Below are positions 9,361-18,511 of a stretch of 63,526 nucleotides of DNA, in pieces. Each line of letters opens with the position of its first letter. Within the stretch, counting starts at the first letter, position 1. The stretch covers positions 1 to 63,526 of the forward strand of contig JBDRIL010000005.1 in the NCBI GenBank assembly GCA_043815885.1, read 5' to 3'. Origin of the DNA: an archaeon. GTDB lineage: Archaea; Iainarchaeota; Iainarchaeia; Iainarchaeales; 1-14-0-10-31-34. Position numbers and translations under genes: made by a program. The notes under the pieces are model-generated. The model was not told the origin of the DNA and searched no databases. It saw only the letters and a program-made list of their open reading frames with translations.

Positions 9361-9756
9361 TCACATAATTCTGTCGCTTTGTTCCAGTATTCTCTCAATC
9401 TCTTCCTCTGAATGCTTTGTATTGTGCAATAAAACAATGCATTCCTCTATGTTTGCTCCATTCCTTCTTTCCTCTGTAATCATTCTTGCTGCTTCCATCA
9501 TTTCTTCTTCCTTTTTGTTTTTTGGTTCTTCTTTCTTAATATAAATCACCTTTGCCGGCCTGAAAGCATTTGCTTCTTCCTTCCAGCTCCTCCTCTTTTT
9601 CTTCATATGCATTGAATGCTCTTTCTCCAATTCATCCAGCCTGTCCGACACCTTTTTTTTTGCTCCAAAAAAAAACAACATAACCACTGCCACGCAAAAA
9701 GCTGCTACTATAAGTAGTTCCATAACAATAAAAAGCCCTTCTCCCAAACCATTCAT
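9361..9756 (-). CDS. Hypothetical membrane-anchored protein (single N-terminal TM, charged C-terminal domain)
   Basis: 131 aa. The hydrophobic segment LFIVMELLIVAAFCVAVVMLFFF is followed by a K/E-rich region. No recognisable family. Confidence 0.4.
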   Translation of the reverse strand: MNGLGEGLFIVMELLIVAAFCVAVVMLFFFGAKKKVSDRLDELEKEHSMHMKKKRRSWKEEANAFRPAKVIYIKKEEPKNKKEEEMMEAARMITEERRNGANIEECIVLLHNTKHSEEEIERILEQSDRIM

Positions 9757-9885
9757 TTACTTCACTCCTAATTATTAATTAACTTCATTAATTTAAATTT
9801 TTTCTTATTTCAAGCTTTTTTTAACATAAAACTTAAATACTATAACTACTAATATTAATTAATCGTTTTTTCAAGGAGGTTTTAG

Positions 9886-10302
9886 ATGAAACAATTCATT
9901 ATTACAGGAATCTTAATTGCTTTATTGGCTTTAACTGGTTGCTTTTCTACCCCCCCGGTTCCAACTAAAAATACTTGTGAAAGTTTTTCATACCTTATCC
10001 CAGTTGTTAGTCACAGAGTAGAAGATTCAACTATGAAACTGAAAATAAATAATGGCACTAGAGGAAAAATGGATGACATAGGTTTTACTGTTAATGGAAC
10101 AATCGGAGATTTAGAGGTAGAAGATTCCGGAACAAACAAGAACAAAGGGTCCCTTGAAGCTGGAGACAGTGTATCTTATGAACTGGATTTGGGAAAAAAT
10201 GTGCAACCAGGACAATCATACTATCTAAAAATAACTATGACTTACAATGATGGAGATGGATACCCTAGAACAAATTATTCAACATGCAGGGGAACAGCTT
10301 AG
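9886..10302 (+). CDS. Hypothetical secreted/lipoprotein-like protein
   Basis: 138 aa. Signal peptide ending in a lipobox-like LALTGC. AGGAGG lies 6 nt upstream of the ATG. An AT-rich TATA-like region lies at ~9829-9843. Confidence 0.45.
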   Translation: MKQFIITGILIALLALTGCFSTPPVPTKNTCESFSYLIPVVSHRVEDSTMKLKINNGTRGKMDDIGFTVNGTIGDLEVEDSGTNKNKGSLEAGDSVSYELDLGKNVQPGQSYYLKITMTYNDGDGYPRTNYSTCRGTA

Positions 10303-12003
10303 TTACTCATGCGTAAACCAGATATTTACTTTTCCTCTCTCAATTGAATCAATTACTCCATAACCTGTTTTCTCTAACTGAACAAAACTTCCTTTTTCCT
10401 TTTTTACTGCTTCTGCCTCTATTGACCCGTACTTTCTCTCTGTTGAAGGCATGAACAGCATTGCATCTGTTTCCTCCAGAATCCATGAAAGTATTGGCTT
10501 TCCCTTCAATTTCCCTGTACTCACGTACTCAGCAAACACCTGCATTGAATCCTTTCTTATTATTCTTGCATTGAATCCATGCCTTAACCTTACAATCTCT
10601 CCTTCCTTAACCCCGTCAATTTCTTTTTTTGATACAATGACTGTTTCAGTTCCTCCCTTTAATTCATACACCCTGCTTCCCTGTTCAGGGTAATCCGGAT
10701 GAATAAATCTCTCTATTTCCATTGCAGGAATGTATTGAACATCAAACCTTATTGGATCATCAATAAAAGTAAATCTTTCCGCGATTGGGTCAATATGCTT
10801 TTTATTCAATGCAATAAGATGTTTCCTTGTAATGGTTGTATCGTTTGTCTTTACTCCCACTTCCTTTAATGCTTCAATCAATGCCTTTGCATGAAAGCCT
10901 CTTCTCCTCAATGCCTTAATTGTTCCAAGCCTTGGGTCATCCCATCCAATGTATTTTCCTTCCTCTATTCCTTTCCTTGTTTCAGAGGTAGACAAAATAA
11001 TTCCCTCCAATGCAATCCTTCCGGTATGAATTGCATGAGGGTACGTCCATCCAAAATAGGAATAGAGATACTTCTGTTTTTCTGCATTCTGTGCATGTTC
11101 CTGTCCCCGAATTATAAGGGTAATATTCATTTCATGGTCATCTATTGCTGAAGCAAAGTTATAACTCGGCCACACATGATACTTGTCTCCTGTCCTTGGA
11201 TGAAATGGTTCATCCATTATTTTTGCAGCCCACCAATCTCTAAGTGAAGGGTCTGCTTCATTCAAATCAGTTTTAATTCTCAGTACAGCCTCTCCTTCCT
11301 TGAATTCATTTGAAATCATTTTCTCAAATCTCTTTGACTGTTCTTCTGCCTTTAATTCCCTGCACTCACAACCCTTTTTCTCATCAATCTTTTTCTTCCA
11401 TTCTCCTTTCTCGCACGAACACACATAAGCTTTATTCATTGACAGAATCTTTCTCATGTACTGATAATAGAGTTCTATTCTGTCAGAAGCAAAATACACT
11501 TCATCCACTTTTATTCCCAGCCAACCCAAATCCTCTAAGAATATTTTCTCAGGCTTTTCTATCGGCCTCTTTACCTTTGGATCAGTGTCATCAAATCTTA
11601 GAATGAATTTTCCTTTATATTTCCTACTATATTCATAACTCATTAATGCTGCTCTTGCATTCCCTAAATGAAACGGGCCATTAGGATTAGGAGCAAATCT
11701 AGTGTTAATCTCTCCTTCCTTTGCCCAATCCAATTCCCCTAATCCTTCCCTTGCAGGGGCAGGCTTAAGTTCAAAACTCCCTAAAAATTTATTGAACTCA
11801 CTTTCAATTTCTTTTCCATCCATTGAATTAACTCTCTCAATGATTTCATTGATTTCCTTTACTTCCTTGCTTAAATTTTTAGCTAAACCTTTATCCAAAG
11901 CCATCAGCTTTCCAATGACTGCCTTCATTGAAGCCTTTCCTTCATGCTCAAATGCATTCTTTACTGCATACTTGTAAGTCAATTCCTTCAATTTTTCGTC
12001 CAT
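10303..12003 (-). CDS. gltX: Glutamyl-tRNA synthetase (archaeal type)
   Basis: 566 aa. Class I HIGH motif (PNPNGPFHLGNARAAL) and an archaeal/eukaryal GluRS C-terminal domain. Confidence 0.9.
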   Translation of the reverse strand: MDEKLKELTYKYAVKNAFEHEGKASMKAVIGKLMALDKGLAKNLSKEVKEINEIIERVNSMDGKEIESEFNKFLGSFELKPAPAREGLGELDWAKEGEINTRFAPNPNGPFHLGNARAALMSYEYSRKYKGKFILRFDDTDPKVKRPIEKPEKIFLEDLGWLGIKVDEVYFASDRIELYYQYMRKILSMNKAYVCSCEKGEWKKKIDEKKGCECRELKAEEQSKRFEKMISNEFKEGEAVLRIKTDLNEADPSLRDWWAAKIMDEPFHPRTGDKYHVWPSYNFASAIDDHEMNITLIIRGQEHAQNAEKQKYLYSYFGWTYPHAIHTGRIALEGIILSTSETRKGIEEGKYIGWDDPRLGTIKALRRRGFHAKALIEALKEVGVKTNDTTITRKHLIALNKKHIDPIAERFTFIDDPIRFDVQYIPAMEIERFIHPDYPEQGSRVYELKGGTETVIVSKKEIDGVKEGEIVRLRHGFNARIIRKDSMQVFAEYVSTGKLKGKPILSWILEETDAMLFMPSTERKYGSIEAEAVKKEKGSFVQLEKTGYGVIDSIERGKVNIWFTHE

Positions 12004-12059
12004 TTCTCTCCCACCAATAACTGAATTATAATACTATTAAAAGAATTAGATTCAATCAA

Positions 12060-12824
12060 TTATAAACTTTTTCCTTTTTGCCAGCATTCATTGAAGTAAG
12101 AACCAAATAACTTCGCCATTGCTGGATTGTCCTGCCAGATAGTGAAATGATATTCCGGTTTATCCTTTCCAAAATCACTTATTCCAAGCAAAACCTTCTT
12201 TTCATCAATCAGGAATGCATTTATTCCATGCTCTAAATGCCTTGTCTTTATTCCTTTTGAATTAAATTGCTCGCTCAATCTTTTTGTTTCCTTTGAAACC
12301 TTTCCGATAAGTCTTACATTAATTCCTTTCTTTTTCACGTAATGCAGTGCTTCCCTTAACGCTTCATGTTCATTCCTTATTTCAGTGAAACCATCCACAC
12401 AATTCCTTGCCTTTACTACTTCCTGAGCCAGAATCTTTTCAAAATCCTCCCTGCTCTTAACCTTCATTACCCTTTCTTCACTTACTTCCTTTCCCTTTCC
12501 CAAAGAATACAGGAAGTTCTTCAACTCATTACTCTTTTCCTCTAATTCCTTTACCTCTCTCCTCTTTCCCTCAATCAATTCCCTTACAACATTTTCTGCT
12601 TCAACCGCCCTGTACTTCTTTGGCCTTCCCTGAATCTCAATAACCAGGTTCTTTCTCGCCAGCTTCTCCAGAATATCATAAACCCTTGTTTTCGGCACCT
12701 CTGCCATCCTTCCGATTTCCGGTGCCCCAGCTTCCCTGCTTCTAAACAATGCATTCAAGGTTTTAGCTTCATACTCAGTCAAGCCAAGCCTTCCAAAAAA
12801 CTCATTCACCTTAACTTCATCCAT
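12060..12824 (-). CDS. TrmB-family transcriptional regulator
   Basis: N-terminal wHTH LGLTEYEAKTLNALF...VPKTRVYDILEKLARKNLV plus a TrmB C-terminal domain. The track ORF starts at a TTG (12863). The ATG at 12824 (MDEVKV...) sits better behind the TATA-like TTTAAATA at ~12866-12876. Confidence 0.7.
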   Translation of the reverse strand: MDEVKVNEFFGRLGLTEYEAKTLNALFRSREAGAPEIGRMAEVPKTRVYDILEKLARKNLVIEIQGRPKKYRAVEAENVVRELIEGKRREVKELEEKSNELKNFLYSLGKGKEVSEERVMKVKSREDFEKILAQEVVKARNCVDGFTEIRNEHEALREALHYVKKKGINVRLIGKVSKETKRLSEQFNSKGIKTRHLEHGINAFLIDEKKVLLGISDFGKDKPEYHFTIWQDNPAMAKLFGSYFNECWQKGKSL

Positions 12825-12960
12825 CAAAAAAGCACTTCCCCCAATAACAAATTCTTCCAACAAATAGTATTTAAATTTACTCTTTTCAGTTAATTAATGA
12901 TGATTGCTGCCTTTTTAAGTAATTCAAATTATTCAGAAACATTTTTATACTTTGAAATCC

Positions 12961-12969
12961 TTTTATATA
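12961..12969 (+). promoter_or_regulatory. TATA-like box (TTTTATATA) ~12-20 nt upstream of the 12981 ATG (near-leaderless arrangement)
   Basis: Seen in the sequence. The spacing is consistent with an archaeal leaderless transcript. Confidence 0.3.
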
Positions 12970-12980
12970 ATTGATTAACA

Positions 12981-13250
12981 ATGCCTAAAAGAAGAATGCC
13001 TGAATCTATTGAATCTCTGAAAAACAGAATAATACGACATAGGGAAGGAATAGATCAAAAACTTAAAATATTGATACCTGAAGTAGAAAGACGAATAAAA
13101 AGAGCCGAGGAATCAAGGGGAGGTTCTTTGGAAGATTTAGCTTCTGGGAAATTACCGAGAAGAAGTTCCCCCAGAGCAAAAACAGGCTGGAGTAGAAACT
13201 ACGAAAAAGGATATGATGAAATATTCGGTAAAAACAGGAAAAAGAAATAA
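12981..13250 (+). CDS. Hypothetical small basic protein
   Basis: 89 aa and Arg/Lys-rich. No recognised motif. It is the only plus-strand ORF in its intergenic context. Confidence 0.35.
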   Translation: MPKRRMPESIESLKNRIIRHREGIDQKLKILIPEVERRIKRAEESRGGSLEDLASGKLPRRSSPRAKTGWSRNYEKGYDEIFGKNRKKK

Positions 13251-13260
13251 AAGCTAGAAT

Positions 13261-14067
13261 TCAGAATTTTATTGCAGCATAGCCCACTACATTCATTTTA
13301 TCTCCACTCGTCTCAGCAGAAGTGGAGTAATTCAATAATTTTCCTCGATGAATGCCTTTTTCTTTGCAGTAATACATTAATGCTTCTATTGCCCTGTGCC
13401 CGCAGATACTCATTTGTTCTCTTTCAACCAATTCATTGAATCCTTTGATATCCATTTCAGTAATCCTTTCGATTGCTCTTCCGTCTTTTTCCTTTGCTGT
13501 TTCTTCAGGCACAAAATGATTGAAGTCAGAGGAAGCAATCACTCCAATCTCTCTTCCTTCTTCTTTCTCTATTTCATAAATCGCTTTTCCCAGTTCTTCC
13601 AGCACACTTAAATCTTCTGTCATTAACGTAATTGGAACAATTTTTGCTTTTTCTCCGAAAAGAAACTGAATAAATGGAATCTGTACCTCCAATGAATGTT
13701 CCTGTAAATGTGCCTCTTCATCAAATGAAGCATTTTCCATTTTCTCTGTTATTTTTTTCCCTATTTTTCCATCTACTTTCATTTCCCCTAAAGGCGTTGA
13801 CCACTCTCCTTCAGGATAAACTGAAACCTCTTTTCCGAAACCAGTATGATTCGGTCCAATCAATATAAAGCAGTCCAGTTCCTTTAATGCAGAGTAAGAG
13901 TAAGCAGCAGTTCTTCCAGAATAAATATATCCTGCATGAGGAGCAATAATAGAATTAGTTTTCTCTTTTTCTTTTTTTACATTAGAAAAAAATTCTTTTA
14001 GTATTCCTTTTAATTGTGTTGGATTTGAGGGATAGAACGAACCTGCAACTGTTGCTTCCCTGCTCAT
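13261..14067 (-). CDS. MEMO1 family protein (AmmeMemoRadiSam system protein B-like)
   Basis: 268 aa. VAGSFYPSNP...IIAPHAGYIYSG...GPNHTG...EHSLEVQIPFIQ...SSDFNHF. Confidence 0.8.
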   Translation of the reverse strand: MSREATVAGSFYPSNPTQLKGILKEFFSNVKKEKEKTNSIIAPHAGYIYSGRTAAYSYSALKELDCFILIGPNHTGFGKEVSVYPEGEWSTPLGEMKVDGKIGKKITEKMENASFDEEAHLQEHSLEVQIPFIQFLFGEKAKIVPITLMTEDLSVLEELGKAIYEIEKEEGREIGVIASSDFNHFVPEETAKEKDGRAIERITEMDIKGFNELVEREQMSICGHRAIEALMYYCKEKGIHRGKLLNYSTSAETSGDKMNVVGYAAIKF

Positions 14068-14792
14068 CTCCTTTTTCTCCTTCCAGAACCCTTTCCTCTC
14101 TTTCCTTGGCCTCTGTTTCCTCTTCCTCTCTGTTCAGGGAATCTGCTTATTTCCTTTCTTTTTTCCTGCAATGATTCTTCCCTTACTTCCTTTAGCTGGT
14201 ACTCAAATTCCTCTACTTTTTTCGTGAATTCATCATCACTCTTTATTTCCTTTCTCTCCTTTAATACTTCCCTTGCAAGCAGCCAGTAAGCTAAAGCCAG
14301 GCTCTTTCTTCCCTTATTGTTTATCGGAACAATCAAATCAATGTTTCTTGTAGTATTGTTAGTACTGCATAATGCCACTATCGGAATCTTTAGTTTTACT
14401 GCTTCCTCTATTGACTGTCTGTCAGCATCAGGTTCAGTCACAATAAGCAGTTTTGCTTCAATGAATTCCTTTCCCTCCGGATTGGTGAAAGTGCCCGGAA
14501 CAAACCTTCCTGTAATCGCAGTTCCTCCAATGGAATCAGCGAATTCATTTACTGCACTCTTTCCGTATAATTTTCTTGAAACAACCACTATTCTTTCCTT
14601 TGGATACCTTGCAATGAATTTTGCGGAAAGAGCAATTCTTTCGTTTAAGGTCTTTATGTCCATTACCCTTAAGCCGTCACTTCTCCTCTTATAGATATAT
14701 CTCTTCATGTCGCATGTCTTAAACTTTGTCCCGATATGGGCGCCTGTCTTAAGATATTTTTCCACCGGTATAAGATTTTTTTCTTCATCCAT
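14064..14792 (-). CDS. rps2: Ribosomal protein uS2 with RG-rich C-terminal tail
   Basis: 242 aa. YLKTGAHIGTK...VVVSRK...PIVALCSTNN. The tail is EQRGRGNRGQGKRGKGSGRRKRR. Confidence 0.9.
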   Translation of the reverse strand: MDEEKNLIPVEKYLKTGAHIGTKFKTCDMKRYIYKRRSDGLRVMDIKTLNERIALSAKFIARYPKERIVVVSRKLYGKSAVNEFADSIGGTAITGRFVPGTFTNPEGKEFIEAKLLIVTEPDADRQSIEEAVKLKIPIVALCSTNNTTRNIDLIVPINNKGRKSLALAYWLLAREVLKERKEIKSDDEFTKKVEEFEYQLKEVREESLQEKRKEISRFPEQRGRGNRGQGKRGKGSGRRKRR

Positions 14793-14806
14793 TTAAAATC
14801 ACTTAA

Positions 14807-14998
14807 TTAAGCATATTTTATGATTTCATCTATTAAGTCAACTTGACTCAAAAGCATTCTCCTGCAACAATACCTTTCTATCTTCATGTCATCGAGTATT
14901 TTTTCTGCTTCCTCTCCTTTCTCCAATCTTTTAGCAAATTCTTCATAGTATCCAGAGATTACTTTTCCGCATGAAAAGCACCTTATTGGTATAAGCAT
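14807..14998 (-). CDS. rpoN: RNA polymerase subunit Rpo10 (N)
   Basis: 63 aa. [14 protein letters not shown]...[14 protein letters not shown]. Confidence 0.9.
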   Translation of the reverse strand: MLIPIRCFSCGKVISGYYEEFAKRLEKGEEAEKILDDMKIERYCCRRMLLSQVDLIDEIIKYA

Positions 14999-15009
14999 TC
15001 TTTTTCCTC

Positions 15010-15735
15010 CTATCTCTTTGACTTTTGTTTTTTCTTTCTTGCCTTCTTTCCTAAAGGCTTTTTTGGTTCAGTTCTTCTTGGATCATCAATCAAAAGCATT
15101 TTATCATACTTAATCATTTTCTGCTTCAGTTTTTCGTCATTAAAGTATTCTATTATGGATTTTGCTATTGCGCTTCTTGCGGCCACTGCCTGGCCCATAA
15201 AACCGCCCCCATTTGTACTGACACTTATATTCACTTCTTTCATTCTTTCCCCTGTCATTATCAGGGGCTCCCTGATAAATTCATTCAAGTACTTTGGCTG
15301 GATTAATTCAATACTTCTTTTATTTATCCTTATTTTCCCGTTTCCTGTTTTAATGGTCGCTCTTGCAACGGCTTCCTTCTTTTTTGCCTTAACATGAATT
15401 CCATACTTCTTACTCTTCTTTACCTTTTTTTTCTTCTTTTTTATTTTCCCTGTTTCCTCTGCCTCTTCTGTTTTCTCTTTCTCGTCTATTTTTGTTCCTT
15501 CGCTTTTCTCATCCGTCTTTTCTTCTTTTTCTTCAGTTTTTTCGTTTCCTGTTTCCTCTTTCTTTTCTTCAGTTTCTTTTTCCTTCTTTTCAATCTTTTT
15601 CTCTTTTATTCCTTTCTTTTCTTCAGTCTCTTTTTCTTCTTTTGCACCACTGTTTTCTCCCTGCTTCTCTTTTCTAAAAGCGGTGTTTTCCTCTTTTTTT
15701 ACTGTTTTCTTTTTTTCCTTCATTTTATTCACCAT
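15010..15735 (-). CDS. rps9: Ribosomal protein uS9 with ~110-aa K/E-rich N-terminal extension
   Basis: 241 aa. The core starts near [28 protein letters not shown] and ends in ...[12 protein letters not shown]. The extension carries ENTAFRK...SGAK and shared repeat modules. Confidence 0.85.
   Translation of the reverse strand: MVNKMKEKKKTVKKEENTAFRKEKQGENSGAKEEKETEEKKGIKEKKIEKKEKETEEKKEETGNEKTEEKEEKTDEKSEGTKIDEKEKTEEAEETGKIKKKKKKVKKSKKYGIHVKAKKKEAVARATIKTGNGKIRINKRSIELIQPKYLNEFIREPLIMTGERMKEVNISVSTNGGGFMGQAVAARSAIAKSIIEYFNDEKLKQKMIKYDKMLLIDDPRRTEPKKPLGKKARKKKQKSKR
15437..15481 (-). repeat. Second shared module ([12 protein letters not shown]) in the uS9 extension, near-identical to the uS4 tail at 17831-17874
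   Basis: tttttt-attttccctgtttccTctgCctcttctgttttctctttc here versus ttttt-attttccctgtttccCctgTctcttctgttttctctttc in uS4. Aligned by eye. Confidence 0.7.
15641..15692 (-). repeat. Degenerate copy of the in-frame palindromic-core repeat ([17 protein letters not shown]) in the uS9 extension
   Basis: The plus strand reads tttgcaccactgttttctccctgcttctcttttctaaaagcggtgttttcc. It shares the AAAAGCGGTGTTTTC and GCaCCACTG(c)TTTT halves with the other copies. Confidence 0.7.
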
Positions 15736-16148
15736 TTTGCCCCAAGTGCTTTGCTTATGTCTCCCAAAAAAACGAAATTACTTTCTTCCCTCTTTCTTGC
15801 GATTTCAATTGAAGAAACATTTCCAGTTATTTCCTTTGGCTTTCCAATAAATACCTTTAATTTCTTTAAAGCATCTATTCCTCTTTTTCTCCTGTACGGA
15901 AGCATTCCTCTTACTGCTCTCTTTACTATTGCGTCCGGTTTCCTTGGATATTTAGGGCCAAAATGGGGGTTTCCCTTTCTTTGGAGATCCAGTCTTTTCT
16001 TGAATTTCTTTGAAACAAATTCCTTGCTTCCTATAATGACTGTTTTTTCTGCATTGATTACTTCAACCTTTTCTCCTTTCAATAATTTTTTAGCGATCTC
16101 TGAGGCCATTCTTCCCAGAATCAATTCCTCTGCATTCACTACAACCAT
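15729..16148 (-). CDS. rpl13: Ribosomal protein uL13
   Basis: 139 aa. VVNAEELILGRMASEIAKKLLKGEKVEVINAEK...RAVRGMLP. Confidence 0.9.
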   Translation of the reverse strand: MVVVNAEELILGRMASEIAKKLLKGEKVEVINAEKTVIIGSKEFVSKKFKKRLDLQRKGNPHFGPKYPRKPDAIVKRAVRGMLPYRRKRGIDALKKLKVFIGKPKEITGNVSSIEIARKREESNFVFLGDISKALGAKW

Positions 16149-16162
16149 TTTTTTCTCCTTCC

Positions 16163-16531
16163 CTACTTTAAAATAACTATTTCTTTTGCCTTTGTCTTCT
16201 TTTCAAGCAGTTCATTTAAGCTCATTGCATTCCCTTTTTTTTCTTTTATCTTCTTTAGAGCCTTTTCAGAGAATTCCAATGCAGCAACCTCTGCCTTTGA
16301 TTCAATACTGCCGGTACTTAATACTTTTCCTGGAACCAAAAGAATTTTTCCCTTGAATTTTTTACTCATTTTATCAATCTTCCACAGATTCACTGAAACC
16401 CTTGTCCTTCTTGATTTTTCTATTCTTTTCGCTACGTCTATCCACAACTTTTCCTTTCTCTTCTTTCCTTCTTTTTTCATCTTTGAAATAAATTTTTTTG
16501 TTTCCAGTTTTGTTGGGCCGGTTGCTTTCAT
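16163..16531 (-). CDS. rpl18e: Ribosomal protein eL18
   Basis: 122 aa. The L18e pattern is ...RTRVSVNLWKI...ILLVPGKVLSTG. Lies in the conserved position next to uL13. Confidence 0.8.
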   Translation of the reverse strand: MKATGPTKLETKKFISKMKKEGKKRKEKLWIDVAKRIEKSRRTRVSVNLWKIDKMSKKFKGKILLVPGKVLSTGSIESKAEVAALEFSEKALKKIKEKKGNAMSLNELLEKKTKAKEIVILK

Positions 16532-16582
16532 TGTTTTTCACCTTTTTTTTAGTGCCTTAATGCAAACCAATTGTATGTGGTT

Positions 16583-16666
16583 TGCGGGAGGGAGGATTTG
16601 AACCCCCGAAGGCACTAAGCCACAGGATCTTAAGTCCTGCCCCTTTGACCGCTTGGGTACCCCCGC
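16583..16666 (-). tRNA. tRNA-Leu (anticodon UAA), class II with long variable arm, no encoded CCA
   Basis: Minus-strand sequence: GCGGGGG-TA-CCCAAGCGGTCAAAGGG-G-CAGGA-CTTAAGA-TCCTG-TGGCTTAGTGCCTTC-GGGGG-TTCAAAT-CCTCC-CTCCCGC-A. The cloverleaf was folded by hand. The acceptor and T stems each have one G-U pair. Confidence 0.8.
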
Positions 16667-16676
16667 ATCAAAACAC

Positions 16677-17423
16677 TTAAACCTTATTTAATTCTTTCTT
16701 GAATTCAGCTGTTTTTTCCTCCAGTGTATTTACTGCCTGTTCAATTATTTCCTTTACTTCAAGTCCTCCAGTGGATTCTATCCTCATTATGAATGTATCT
16801 TTGCTGTAACTCAGTTCCAGGTTTCCTTCCTTGCATTCATCCTTGCATGCCCCGCATAAATCACATTTTGTTGGATCTTTCAATATGATTTTTTTTGCTT
16901 TTACTTCAAGTATATTCTTTGAGCATGCCTCAACGCATTTCTTGCACAGATTACATTCCTTCAGGTTATCTATTGAAGGCAATTCGTTGTAGCTGACTAA
17001 TGCCGGGCTCCACTTCGTGTGTTCTTTGCCTGTTCCAATTACTGCCTCCATTTCAAGCTTTATTTTTTGATTCTTTCCCAGCTTTACTATTGGAACCCTT
17101 TTGTCTACTACTTCTACCCCTACTGAACCCTTTAAGTCTCTTGAATAAATCATTCCTGGCCCTTCTTTTTCTAGGACAAGGTTTACTTTTTCTCCTTTTC
17201 CGTATTTCTTTGTCTCTGTTTTTATTGGTATCAGCCCCAGTCTATGGGCAAGCATTTCATCAAACATCACTGAACTGTTTTCATAGATGTTAACGTTCTC
17301 TATTGCGAGTACGGGGATACTGTTAGCCATTGTTCTTCTTAGCGCATTCATGAATGCAGTATTAACTCCTTTAATCAGAAATTTTGCGCTGTTTTCTTTT
17401 TTCTCTAATACTTTTATATCCAA
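16677..17423 (-). CDS. rpoD: RNA polymerase subunit Rpo3 (D) with 4Fe-4S-like Cys cluster domain
   Basis: 248 aa. ANSIPVLAIENVNIYENSSVMFDEMLAHRLGLIP plus CNLCKKCVEAC...CDLCGACKDEC. Confidence 0.85.
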   Translation of the reverse strand: MDIKVLEKKENSAKFLIKGVNTAFMNALRRTMANSIPVLAIENVNIYENSSVMFDEMLAHRLGLIPIKTETKKYGKGEKVNLVLEKEGPGMIYSRDLKGSVGVEVVDKRVPIVKLGKNQKIKLEMEAVIGTGKEHTKWSPALVSYNELPSIDNLKECNLCKKCVEACSKNILEVKAKKIILKDPTKCDLCGACKDECKEGNLELSYSKDTFIMRIESTGGLEVKEIIEQAVNTLEEKTAEFKKELNKV

Positions 17424-17435
17424 TTTATTTTCCCC

Positions 17436-17819
17436 CTATGTTTTTTTTCCTCTAAATCTCTTCTTCCTTCTACATCCATTGTGAGGGGCGGGTGTAACGT
17501 TTTCTATTGTCCTTATCCTGATGCCATTTCTTGTAAGTGAACGAATGGCTGCTTCTGCTCCCTGTCCTGGGCTCTTTGTTTTGATTCCTCCTTGAGCCCT
17601 TACCTTTACATCAACCTCTATTATTCCTTTATCTTTTGCCTTTCCAGCAATTATCTCTGCTGCCTTCATTGCAGCATAAGGGCTTCCTTCTTTGTGTTGT
17701 GCCTTTGTTACTGCTCCTCCACTGCTCGTTGCAATGGTTTCCTGCCCGGTTAAATCACTAAGCAAAATAATCGTGTTATTATGGGAAGCAAATATGTGTA
17801 TAATACATCTTTTATTCAT
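17436..17819 (-). CDS. rps11: Ribosomal protein uS11
   Basis: 127 aa. IIHIFASHNNTIILLSDLTG...PAPHNGCRRKKRFRG. Confidence 0.9.
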   Translation of the reverse strand: MNKRCIIHIFASHNNTIILLSDLTGQETIATSSGGAVTKAQHKEGSPYAAMKAAEIIAGKAKDKGIIEVDVKVRAQGGIKTKSPGQGAEAAIRSLTRNGIRIRTIENVTPAPHNGCRRKKRFRGKKT

Positions 17820-17825
17820 TTTTCA

Positions 17826-18503
17826 TCACTTTTTTATTTTCCCTGTTTCCCCTGTCTCTTCTGTTTTCTCTTTCTTTTCCTCTTCTTCATCCTCTTTTTC
17901 TTCTTTTGCATCACTGCTTTTTTCAGAAGCTTCAACTTTTGCGCCACTGCTTTTTCTAAAAGCGGTGTTTTCTTCTTTTTTTATTGTCTTCTTTTCTTTT
18001 AGTTCCAGTGGTTTTAATGGAATCTCTTTTCCGTAAAAGCCAATGTCTTTTTCCTCGTCAACCTTTACTATATATGACGGAACACTTACCTTTTTTCCAC
18101 TTATTGCAATGTGTCCGTGGGTAATGAATTGCCTTGCTTGTTTAACTGTATTAGCCAAACCTTTTCTCCATACAATTGTTTGAAGCCTTCTCTCTAATAA
18201 TTCTTCTGTCTTCAGACTCAGCACGTCATCAAGTGTTGCAGTCTTTTTAGCTAAACCTGTTCTCCTCAGACTTTCAAGCAATTCCTTTTCTTTCTTTGCT
18301 TTTTCTTCCATTGAGAGTGCAAGCAGCTTTCTTGCATTCTGTCTCTTTTTCCTGAGAAAGGTTTCACTTAACCATATCTCTTTCTTGTTCTTTAATCCAT
18401 AGGTTTCCGTTAACTTTTTTTCCGCTTCTATCCTGATTTTGTCCCATGGCTTTTTTGGTGTAAAAAACTTCTTTCCAATTTTTTTTGGGTCGCCCATTTT
18501 CAT
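17826..18503 (-). CDS. rps4: Ribosomal protein uS4 with ~60-aa K/E-rich C-terminal extension
   Basis: 225 aa. The S4 domain is RRLQTIVWRKGLANTVKQARQFITHGHIAISGKKV. The tail is [29 protein letters not shown]... Confidence 0.9.
   Translation of the reverse strand: MKMGDPKKIGKKFFTPKKPWDKIRIEAEKKLTETYGLKNKKEIWLSETFLRKKRQNARKLLALSMEEKAKKEKELLESLRRTGLAKKTATLDDVLSLKTEELLERRLQTIVWRKGLANTVKQARQFITHGHIAISGKKVSVPSYIVKVDEEKDIGFYGKEIPLKPLELKEKKTIKKEENTAFRKSSGAKVEASEKSSDAKEEKEDEEEEKKEKTEETGETGKIKK
17904..17973 (-). repeat. In-frame palindromic-core repeat, duplicated-core copy (ENTAFRKSSGAKVEASEKSSDAK) in the uS4 tail
   Basis: The plus strand reads ttttgcatcactgcttttttcagaagcttcaacttttgcgccactgctttttctaaaagcggtgttttc. 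Confidence 0.8.
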
Positions 18504-18511
18504 CTATCCTC

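Noticed and set aside
15406-15735. The repetitive K/E-coding tracts in the ribosomal protein extensions, considered as a CRISPR array or a tandem satellite.
   Set aside because: There is no regular repeat-spacer periodicity. The repeats are dispersed among different genes, in-frame and coding. They are treated instead as an in-frame dispersed repeat family.
15394-16176. Long plus-strand ORFs with F/L/S-rich translations. Examples are 15394-16176 (260 aa), 29131-29997 (288 aa), 31975-32862 (295 aa), 4959-5582 (207 aa) and 22741-23391 (216 aa).
   Set aside because: They lie antisense to well-supported ribosomal and translation genes. Their translations are the low-complexity mirror of K/E-rich coding sequence (AAG/GAA read as CTT/TTC). 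They have no start-site signals.
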